A program made the position numbers and the translations under genes. From NCBI GenBank assembly GCA_045597525.1, contig JAZLKF010000008.1, positions 16,201-80,200 on the forward strand: 64,000 nt of DNA, in the 5' to 3' direction. Origin of the DNA: Fibrobacter sp. (GTDB lineage: Bacteria > Fibrobacterota > Fibrobacteria > Fibrobacterales > Fibrobacteraceae). The notes below the pieces were generated by a model. The model was not told the DNA's origin. It saw only the letters and a program-made list of their open reading frames with translations, and made no database searches. Of this stretch, positions 56,741-64,000 are shown piece after piece (positions within the stretch are counted from its first letter, which is position 1; each line of letters starts with the position of its first letter).

Positions 56741-58630
56741 ATGGAATACACAAAAGAAAATATCGAAGAATTAATCACGATGCTTCTTGAGGACCTTCTC
56801 AAATCGCATAAAAAAGATAAGATCAATCCTTCACCCATCCTCAAAAATCTTGAAAGCAAGGGTGTATCAAAAAATGATCTTCTAAATTACTTTGGCGTCG
56901 ATCGATTGATTGATGTTCTTTCACAAATGAACAACATCCAACTTACCCTTGACAAACACGGCACCACCTACGCAAGCTTTAAGACAACCTCTTCTGAACC
57001 TATCCAGGACGTTGATACAAGTTCAACTGAAAATACAAAAGAGAAAGCCACTCCCATGAGCATGCATAATCGAATTAGAATCATCCTGAGCGCTCTCAAT
57101 AAGGGACTCTATGGAAAAGAAGAAGCTATCCGCCTTGCACTGCTTTCTGCAGTGGCTGGAGAAAGTATTTTCTTCCTTGGTCCTCCGGGTACCGCCAAGA
57201 GTATGATTAGCCGTCGTATTCACCAAGCGTTTGTTAAAGAATCAAAGTACTTTGAATATCTGATGAACGAATTTTCCACCCCCGATGAAATTTTCGGAAC
57301 CATTAAATTGAAAGGTCTTGATGATGGCATTTACGAAAAGAACACTGTTGGCTACCTTCCTCAATCCAACATCGCCTTTCTTGATGAAATTTGGAAGAGT
57401 GGTCCGGCAATTCTCAATACTCTGTTGACGATCATCAATGAAAAGAAATTCCATAACGGCAACAAGGTGGAAACAGTTCCTTTGCAGGCACTGATTTCCG
57501 CTTCTAATGAACTTCCAAAAGAAAAAGCCGGTCTAGAAGCTTTGTATGATCGATTCATTATACGAACCATTGTGGATTACGTTAACGATGAAGAGGATTT
57601 TAAGAGCCTATGCGAAGGTGATTCCGAAGAAATCGTCATTGACGAAAAGATTCTGTTGAACAATGCAGAAATTGCAGATTGGCAAAAAGACATTAAGGCA
57701 ATTAAAATCAACGATACCATTTGGGACGTAATTCTTAATGTCAAAAAGGAACTCATCCGTAAAAACCAGGAACAAAACCGTGATCCCAAGGAAAAGTTCC
57801 AAGTATCCGACCGTCGTTGGAAAAAAATCATTCACCTTCTGAAGACATCTGCATTCCTCAGCGGTCGCGAAGAAGTTGATTTAATGGATTGTCAGTTGCT
57901 CACTTACTGTCTCTGGGGAACAAAGAAACAGCTAGATGAAATCAAGGGAATTGTTGAAGAAGTCGTGCAACAGCATGGAATCGAATGTACTACAGCCATT
58001 GACGACATTGAAGAACAACTTAAAAACTTCAAATCAGTTATTACTGCCACCTGGTATAAGATGAGTGACAAGAAAACTCATCAGGAAATCATATCAAAGA
58101 AAGAATCTGACAACCGTATTTACTACAAATTACAGAGTAATCAATATGGGTACGAATGGATTTCTAAAAACACCATTGATAATGACTATTACGGTCGAAA
58201 CTATAAACGTCATTATTATATAGACATGCATGGTAACAAAATTAATATCGACTATGTAGAAATCAACGAAAATAATTTCACCATGAATGTAAATCACTAC
58301 CAAAGCTACAGCATTCCTCTTGAAACAAAAATCATCGTCGATGATAAGGGCGGCCTCGTCAAGAATCCAGAACTATTTAACAATGCCCACGTATATGAAG
58401 CTACGATGGAAAAATTTGACAAGGAAGCCTATCTTCCTTTGATGAAGAACATTGAAACAGAAATCAGCGACCTTTCTGCTTTCAAAGAATCGGTAACCCA
58501 AAAATGCGAAAGCAACATCTTTGCTCAGGAATCTTTTAAGAACATCATCATGACCAAGATTGACAAATCCATGAAAGCATTGGAAGACTGTAAGGTCAAA
58601 CTGGAAAAGCTCCATAAACTTTATGCTTAA
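56741..58630 (+). CDS. ravA: RavA-like MoxR-family AAA+ ATPase with an extra N-terminal region of about 105 aa and a divergent C-terminal half
   Basis: GLYGKEEAIRLALLSAVAGESIFFLGPPGTAKSMISRRI, FEYLMNEFSTPDEIFG, GYLPQSNIAFLDEIWKSGPAILNTLLTIINEKKFHNG, ISASNELP and VSDRRWKKIIHLLKTSAFLSGR run closely parallel to E. coli RavA as I remember it. Confidence 0.75.
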   Translation: MEYTKENIEELITMLLEDLLKSHKKDKINPSPILKNLESKGVSKNDLLNYFGVDRLIDVLSQMNNIQLTLDKHGTTYASFKTTSSEPIQDVDTSSTENTKEKATPMSMHNRIRIILSALNKGLYGKEEAIRLALLSAVAGESIFFLGPPGTAKSMISRRIHQAFVKESKYFEYLMNEFSTPDEIFGTIKLKGLDDGIYEKNTVGYLPQSNIAFLDEIWKSGPAILNTLLTIINEKKFHNGNKVETVPLQALISASNELPKEKAGLEALYDRFIIRTIVDYVNDEEDFKSLCEGDSEEIVIDEKILLNNAEIADWQKDIKAIKINDTIWDVILNVKKELIRKNQEQNRDPKEKFQVSDRRWKKIIHLLKTSAFLSGREEVDLMDCQLLTYCLWGTKKQLDEIKGIVEEVVQQHGIECTTAIDDIEEQLKNFKSVITATWYKMSDKKTHQEIISKKESDNRIYYKLQSNQYGYEWISKNTIDNDYYGRNYKRHYYIDMHGNKINIDYVEINENNFTMNVNHYQSYSIPLETKIIVDDKGGLVKNPELFNNAHVYEATMEKFDKEAYLPLMKNIETEISDLSAFKESVTQKCESNIFAQESFKNIIMTKIDKSMKALEDCKVKLEKLHKLYA

Positions 58631-60623
58631 GCAGGTTACCCCTATGATAAAGAAAATTTCAGATCGATCTCGAGAATTTTCTAATACCGCATTGGGAATT
58701 CTTGAAAAAATCAAAGCCAAATATCCCAAATGCCCCTCCTATGAAAAATTGACGGAAGAAGAAAGAGCTCTACTTTTACGCCAAATTAATCAGGCCGGGA
58801 ACGCCGTTGCAGCCACCCATTACAAGGGTTTCAGTTTCTACGAAGATCTAGTAAAGGAATCTCGCAACATAGACGCACATTCAACCAAAGATGATCCACA
58901 AACCATCAATGGTATTTTTAGCCGTCTGTACAAATTTATAGACGTTGCCAAAACAGAACTTCGCCAAAATATTGGCAAGATGTTTTCCTCGAACAAGAGT
59001 GTTCGTCGCTTTGAAAAATTTGGAAAAGCTTTTTCTAGTGAAGAAAAGCGCAAACAGTTTTCCGATGGAATCCAGAGTACTTTCAACGAAGGTGATTTTA
59101 AACCGAATTTTGAAAATGCCAAAGAAAATGCCCTTGCGAAGGCAACGCAATCTGTTTTAACACCCGCAAATAAAGACCAGAAGGAACTTCTTGACTTCGC
59201 AAAGAATGAGGGAAGCCTGTTTGAATCTATTCAAAAGGAAATAATTGAATGGACAGAAAAAACCAACAAGATTCTTGAAGAACAAAACCCTTTTATTAAG
59301 GAATCTCAATTTGTTGGTAAGTTGAAGGTTTCCCCTGCTGACAACCTCCAGGAAAACATTGAAAGCCTTCAAAGCGAATATAACAGCATTGATTCCGTAA
59401 AAAAGTTCAAATCCAACGCAAACTTTGAATTTTTCACAGAAAAATTCAAGGAAAACCAAAGCACTAAGAAAAAGCCCAAACCAAAGGATATGATTTCCAA
59501 GGACAACGAAATCCTAGCTCGCAATCTTATCAAAGATTTACAGCAAGAATTAGATCGCAGAAAGACGGCCTGGGAACTTGATCAGATAGAAAAACAGCGA
59601 CAGGAACTTCTCAAGAAATTGTACGAAAAAATTGAAAATTTCAAGAAGTTGATGGAAACTTTAAAATCCTTTACTAAGGATTACGGCCGCCTTTGGGATC
59701 TCGCTCAGGGAGAGTTACAAGACAATGGATTTGACATTCTTGAAAAGTATGGTGATCTTTTGCAAAACGACGAAGGTCTAAAGGAACTTGCCGAGATGAT
59801 CGGCAGACATAGAGACGAAGAACAAAAATTTCATAAAGAACTTCGTGAAAAAATTGTTGTCGAAACTGTGTATAATCCTGAACCGGCATTTAAGGGTGAA
59901 ATCGCAGGACTTACAATTTCAGATAACTTACCAGATACACTGCCTAGCGAATTAGGTCTTTATAGTAATCCTAAAACAAAGCAGATTTTCAAGATGAAAT
60001 TTGCACAGAAACAACTTCTATCGTACGCATACACTAGAAATGTCAAGTACCAAAAATCCCACAGCGAAACTGAAGAAGTTGAAGTCGGAGAAATCGTAGA
60101 ACATAAAGGTCCTATGCTTGTATGCGTAGATACGTCCGGTAGTATGAACGGCACTCCCGAAAGAGTTGCAAAAACCATCTGCTTCGCTCTCGCAAAAAAA
60201 TCCCTCGAGGAACAGCGGGGTTGTTACTTGATTTCATTTTCCACTGGAATAGAAACCATGGACTTAAGTACCTTCAATTCTACTCAGGGACTTACTAATC
60301 TGGTAAAATTTCTGCGAATGAGTTTTCATGGAGGAACCGATGCCACGCCAGCATTAAATGAATCTCTACGTCAAATAGAAAAAAAAGATTGGAAAAATGC
60401 AGATGTGCTCATGATCAGCGACTTTCAAATGAGTGACCTAGGAGAGGATTTGACAAAACGCATAAATGCCGCCAAAGAGAATAAAAGTCGATTTTTCTCT
60501 TTGGCAGTGACAAACGGTGGAAGCAATCAGGTCATTTCCTGTTTCAACAATAATTGGATTTACGATACACGCTCTAGTGATTCTACATCAAAGCTTATTC
60601 GTCAATTACATGAAATGCAATAA
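58623..60623 (+). CDS. viaA: ViaA-like vWA protein with a novel helical N-terminal module of about 330 aa carrying an RNxxxH signature
   Basis: C-terminal half: GRLWDL, KQLLSY, MLVCVDTSGSM (MIDAS DxSxS), CYLISFST, FHGGTD, VLMISDF. Start ATGCTTAA overlaps the ravA-like stop by 8 nt. R81-N-I-D-A-H86 lies at nt 58863-58880. Confidence 0.7.
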   Translation: MLKQVTPMIKKISDRSREFSNTALGILEKIKAKYPKCPSYEKLTEEERALLLRQINQAGNAVAATHYKGFSFYEDLVKESRNIDAHSTKDDPQTINGIFSRLYKFIDVAKTELRQNIGKMFSSNKSVRRFEKFGKAFSSEEKRKQFSDGIQSTFNEGDFKPNFENAKENALAKATQSVLTPANKDQKELLDFAKNEGSLFESIQKEIIEWTEKTNKILEEQNPFIKESQFVGKLKVSPADNLQENIESLQSEYNSIDSVKKFKSNANFEFFTEKFKENQSTKKKPKPKDMISKDNEILARNLIKDLQQELDRRKTAWELDQIEKQRQELLKKLYEKIENFKKLMETLKSFTKDYGRLWDLAQGELQDNGFDILEKYGDLLQNDEGLKELAEMIGRHRDEEQKFHKELREKIVVETVYNPEPAFKGEIAGLTISDNLPDTLPSELGLYSNPKTKQIFKMKFAQKQLLSYAYTRNVKYQKSHSETEEVEVGEIVEHKGPMLVCVDTSGSMNGTPERVAKTICFALAKKSLEEQRGCYLISFSTGIETMDLSTFNSTQGLTNLVKFLRMSFHGGTDATPALNESLRQIEKKDWKNADVLMISDFQMSDLGEDLTKRINAAKENKSRFFSLAVTNGGSNQVISCFNNNWIYDTRSSDSTSKLIRQLHEMQ

Positions 60624-60649
60624 ATTACAGTATAAATAAGGAGCCCCTC

Positions 60650-60799
60650 ATGTCCAAGCAGACCAACCTCAATAATCACGCAAACCAGCTGAACGCAAAC
60701 AAGGGCACAAGCGGTTTTAACAAGGCTTATACCGCCGCCATGAATAACCACGCCAACCAACAGAATCCCAACAACAAACTTTACAAGGGAGGCAAGTAG
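60650..60799 (+). CDS. unannotated 49-aa Asn/Gln-rich micro-protein
   Basis: Below the 60-aa track cutoff. Strong aaggag RBS 7 nt upstream. MSKQTNLNNHANQLNANKGTSGFNKAYTAAMNNHANQQNPNNKLYKGGK has a duplicated NNHANQ motif. Confidence 0.5.
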   Translation: MSKQTNLNNHANQLNANKGTSGFNKAYTAAMNNHANQQNPNNKLYKGGK

Positions 60800-60881
60800 T
60801 CTTTTCGCATGCCCTTTCGCGGAGAAACTCACGACCCATGATTTTTGCACCAGTCAAAAAATCATAATTTTTTTCACATTC

Positions 60882-60935
60882 TTGCAAACAGTTGTTTGCA
60901 AAATGAAGGCAGGGCCATATTTGACCCTGTCATTT
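60882..60935 (+). promoter_or_regulatory. palindrome (TTGCAAACA-gt-TGTTTGCAA) plus hairpin/T-run element, copy 1
   Basis: 9+2+9 palindrome at 60882-60901, then aaatgaagg, then CAGGGccatatttgaCCCTG tcatttt. About 26 nt shared with 63257-63282. Confidence 0.6.
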
Positions 60936-60936
60936 T

Positions 60937-62550
60937 ATGTATAAAATCACATGTTCAAAAAAAATTGGATTATATGTCAAGTTTTTACCAGGATATATTC
61001 GTATGTTAAAGGGTATGGATTTAACTTTTGTTTCTCATTTTACGGCACGGCCGGTACCTGCAATTAACTTTAAGCAGTATCTTTCCGCATGGAAGGACGG
61101 TGTAAAAAGTATGTCCGAGGTAGACATCATTGAAGCCTCACGCAGATACATGGCCTCCGATGGAGAATACAGCGATTACACCGTTGAAGGTGTTTGTTAC
61201 GATAACGATTCTGATTATAAGGCGCTAGGGTTTTACGGAACCCTGCTCTTAGCCAACAATCAAGTTGTGAAAACCCACATGGTGATGCATTTAGGCAAGG
61301 AGGAATTCCAAGGCGAAATTTATGTTACCTTCATGAATTTTCCGCTAGATAAGCCCTTTGAAAGAAGATTTTTTTCTCTATGGACTATTTTGAACAAAAA
61401 CATGTTCAAGGAATGCACACCCTTTCAATGGGCACCGACGTCCGTACCAAATATTTCATTGGAAAAATCCCAACTGGAATGGATCCTGAAGGTAATTACC
61501 AGACAAAGCAAACATTCCTACGTAAATACTTTGGCTGCGCGGTGGAAATTCGCTTCGGCAGGAGACTCCTCGGCGGAATCTACAAAAGAATCCACTATTG
61601 AAACCACGACCTCATCAGAACCCATCGCAATAGAAACCGCGGCAGATGTTCCAGAAGTCGTGCCTGCAGCTGTTGAAAATGCCTCGGTAGGCGCAACAAA
61701 CGCTCCCGCAGCAGATACTATCATCCCTGCAGACCAAATCGCAAAACTCCAGGAACAGCTAGACGAATATAAAAGCGAAAATGAAAAACTGTCCGAAATC
61801 AACGAACAACTGGCTTCTGCATATCGTGAACTGAAGAAAGACAAGAAATCGCTGGTTCAAAATATCGAAGATCAAAAGAAACGCCTCAAGGTTCTCAAGA
61901 AGCGTGTAGAAAGTGCAGAGGCTCGCGCCAAGGAATCCATCAATGGCGATGTCAAAGAGTTCTGCGATTACTTCGATAAGGAACAAGAAAGGCTCGAAAA
62001 CGAATGCACGGAGAAAGACCGACTCATCGAAAAACTGCAGCAGGATCTTGATACTGCCAACGGCAAGATCACATCCCTCAAAGGTCGACTCAATAAGCAG
62101 AGTTCCGACAAAGGCATCAGCGGCCTGCTTGCCGCTCCCGAATTTGAAACCGAAAAATACGAAGACGAATTTGGAATCGCAATTTTCAGCGCTCTGCACA
62201 AGGCTATCGAAAAGACTCCCACAAAGAACAATTCACCGCACACGAGATGCATTGATGTATGGCAGGCAATCATTGACGCAAACCCCGACCTGGAAAAAGC
62301 ATTCGGGCAATTCTGCGACAATAAGGACGCCTTAAAGAATGCCATTGTTAGCGGTGAGCTGGATAAGAAAAAGCACCTTCTGAATCCGTTCAATCTAACC
62401 TACGGAAAGCACACCAACTGTCACGGGAAAATCACCTTCGGCAGCGATGAGCGATATATAGCAAGTACCGCCTCGACAGCCAGTGAAACTGCCGCAGGGT
62501 TCAGCAACTGCGCCAAAGATTTAAGAAATACATTTCTCTATCCCACATAA
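60937..62550 (+). CDS. unknown 537-aa protein: globular N-terminal domain, acidic/Thr-Ala-rich linker, long coiled coil, C-terminal domain
   Basis: ORF and composition only. Start uncertain (alternatives at 61003 and 61015; no clear RBS). Confidence 0.5.
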   Translation: MYKITCSKKIGLYVKFLPGYIRMLKGMDLTFVSHFTARPVPAINFKQYLSAWKDGVKSMSEVDIIEASRRYMASDGEYSDYTVEGVCYDNDSDYKALGFYGTLLLANNQVVKTHMVMHLGKEEFQGEIYVTFMNFPLDKPFERRFFSLWTILNKNMFKECTPFQWAPTSVPNISLEKSQLEWILKVITRQSKHSYVNTLAARWKFASAGDSSAESTKESTIETTTSSEPIAIETAADVPEVVPAAVENASVGATNAPAADTIIPADQIAKLQEQLDEYKSENEKLSEINEQLASAYRELKKDKKSLVQNIEDQKKRLKVLKKRVESAEARAKESINGDVKEFCDYFDKEQERLENECTEKDRLIEKLQQDLDTANGKITSLKGRLNKQSSDKGISGLLAAPEFETEKYEDEFGIAIFSALHKAIEKTPTKNNSPHTRCIDVWQAIIDANPDLEKAFGQFCDNKDALKNAIVSGELDKKKHLLNPFNLTYGKHTNCHGKITFGSDERYIASTASTASETAAGFSNCAKDLRNTFLYPT

Positions 62551-62619
62551 CTGTTTTTTATTTTGCGCAACTGGTGGCTACAAGCAAACAAAAAATTATA
62601 TTTGCGGCTGTAATAAGGA

Positions 62620-63186
62620 ATGAATATGGCAAAAGAACATAAGCTTGAAATGAATCTCACATCCCGCTTGGATAAGTATTCTCTGAAGCTGCAGCAGCTC
62701 ATGGTGAAGTCCAAGTTCACTCTCAAGGCCATGGAATACGGCGCAACCCATGTGATGCTTCGTGACCTCATCAAGTACGGCGTAGAACTCGATGGCGTTT
62801 TCAATAGCGTCGGTGATTTCTGCTTCTCCAAGACAACACTCCCCCTGGATGAATACGCCCTGGATATGGATGTTCAATTCGATGCAGTGACTCTTACCGC
62901 ACGCCTCATGAGCGTGAACATTTCCAGCAAGCGAACCAAGGATGGCAACACCGAAACGGAATATTCCTTCAACTTCGAAAAGGATGCCGACAAGGAAGAT
63001 TTTGACTTGGTGATTCCCTATTTCAAGGTCAAGGAACCTGACGAAGAACAAGACGACCCCAACAAGGTAGACATGGGCGGTATCCAAGATTTGGTCTCCG
63101 GTCTTGAAGGTGGCGGTAAAGGCAAATTCAAGCGCAAGAAGAAACGTCCCTTTATCTATTACGATACATACTTCACTATTGAATAA
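62620..63186 (+). CDS. unknown 188-aa protein with an acidic middle and a basic KGKFKRKKKR tail
   Basis: aagga RBS favours the ATG at 62626. Followed by a terminator on the same strand. The antisense ORF 62596-63195 looks non-protein-like. Confidence 0.5.
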   Translation: MNMAKEHKLEMNLTSRLDKYSLKLQQLMVKSKFTLKAMEYGATHVMLRDLIKYGVELDGVFNSVGDFCFSKTTLPLDEYALDMDVQFDAVTLTARLMSVNISSKRTKDGNTETEYSFNFEKDADKEDFDLVIPYFKVKEPDEEQDDPNKVDMGGIQDLVSGLEGGGKGKFKRKKKRPFIYYDTYFTIE

Positions 63187-63256
63187 CTTAAGCAATACAA
63201 TGTCGTACAGATGTGCGACTTTTTTGTAAAGGGAAAAAGTTGTTTACAATTACGAA

Positions 63257-63311
63257 TGCAAACAACTGTTTGCAAAATGAGGACAAGGAAAAAAATAGCC
63301 TTGTCTTTTTT
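63257..63311 (+). terminator. palindrome (TGCAAACA-ac-TGTTTGCA) plus rho-independent terminator, copy 2 of the 60882 element
   Basis: tgcaaacaactgtttgcaaaatgag, then GACAAGGaaaaaaatagCCTTGTC followed by T6. Confidence 0.65.
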
Positions 63312-63349
63312 CATTTCTATACTACTTTTTAAATAATTAGGAGGAAACT

Positions 63350-64000
63350 ATGAACAAGATAAAATTCTTGGTACCTATGGGTATCATGTTACTTGGCGCC
63401 TGCACTAGCAAGGAAACCATCAATAACACGGTAGATGTTCCGGCAGATGTTCCAGTAGACGTTGAAACCCACTGGAATTCCGCGTTCCCAATTATAGTTG
63501 ACGAAGCTGCAAATACTATTGATATCCAGATGGATATTTCCTACGAAGCTTGCCACATTATCGAGATTGAAGACGATTACACTGCCAATTGGAAGTCCTC
63601 GCTGTTGCAAGTTTCCAATACCATGCATTACATCATGGACAACGGTACTTTGAAAATGTGGTCTGAAGAAAATGGAGAAAGCAGTGCAAAAATGTATTCC
63701 GGCAATAGTAGCGGAAGTATTTTCGGCACCTGGAACTACAACGATGACAATCACATTATGAAGATCACTCATGATTCCATCTACACCACAGAGCTATCCA
63801 ATCTTGGAGCAAGCGCTACAAATCCTGTAGAAGCTCAAATCCATCTTGCCAATTCCCGCTTTATGTACGATTTGTATACCTGCGGAAATCAAGAATTCGA
63901 TTGTAGATTCAATTACCAGCATCTTACCAAAGATGCGTCTGATCTTATAAGCGATATTGTTACAGAACAGGAAATCCAAGTTCAGGAAAAAACAGACCGC
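63350..64000 (+). CDS. lipoprotein, unknown, 3' end beyond the window
   Basis: aggagg RBS. MNKIKFLVPMGIMLLGAC lipobox. I translated the frame by hand and it stays open to nt 64000. Absent from the ORF track because there is no stop. Confidence 0.6.
   Translation, partial: MNKIKFLVPMGIMLLGACTSKETINNTVDVPADVPVDVETHWNSAFPIIVDEAANTIDIQMDISYEACHIIEIEDDYTANWKSSLLQVSNTMHYIMDNGTLKMWSEENGESSAKMYSGNSSGSIFGTWNYNDDNHIMKITHDSIYTTELSNLGASATNPVEAQIHLANSRFMYDLYTCGNQEFDCRFNYQHLTKDASDLISDIVTEQEIQVQEKTDR

Noticed and set aside
62596-63195. 199-aa minus-strand ORF mirroring 62620-63186.
   Set aside because: The plus-strand frame has an RBS, a same-strand terminator and a more protein-like composition. The minus-strand frame is hydrophobic, low-complexity antisense.

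Overview
By eye this is a chromosomal segment from a Fibrobacter-type organism. That call is an inference from gene content: two giant fibro-slime-type proteins, three FISUMP (VWMAENLN motif) paralogs, and a GH10-CBM6 xylanase with a T9SS-like tail. No database search was possible. Most of the window is housekeeping: pta, RNase G/E, dnaN, lysC, rsmA, a phosphohexomutase, transporters, a glycosyltransferase and a chrA pair. Accessory patches interrupt this core, and three of them look AT-rich by eye (GC was not computed). (1) nt 1-2900 holds two tandem DNA methyltransferases. (2) nt 25.5-27.9 kb holds a two-gene cassette, a TerB-like/CbbX-type AAA+ ATPase plus a single-HKD PLD nuclease, sitting inside a FISUMP gene cluster. 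No AT-richness claim is made for this cassette. (3) nt 30.3-35.3 kb is a roughly 5 kb island bracketed by an exact 35-bp direct repeat. It carries a type II C5-methyltransferase/endonuclease pair, a KilA-N protein, a PD-(D/E)XK-like protein and about 0.9 kb of structured non-coding DNA. (4) nt 55-64 kb, downstream of chrA, is the best candidate for an undescribed system. It contains a RavA/ViaA-like MoxR AAA+ / vWA pair with extra N-terminal modules, including an RNxxxH HEPN-like signature on the vWA protein. That pair is preceded by a HicA-like small ORF. It is followed by an unannotated Asn-rich micro-ORF and two unknown proteins bracketed by a repeated palindrome-plus-hairpin element. Next to it on the minus strand is an operon encoding two paralogous Cys-rich membrane proteins. 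Non-coding observations are a hairpin-repeat family spaced 95-96 bp apart at two loci with compensatory arm changes, an orphan promoter-to-terminator sRNA candidate, and REP-like tandem hairpins. All family assignments come from motifs read in the translations and from memory of those families. None was verified by search.
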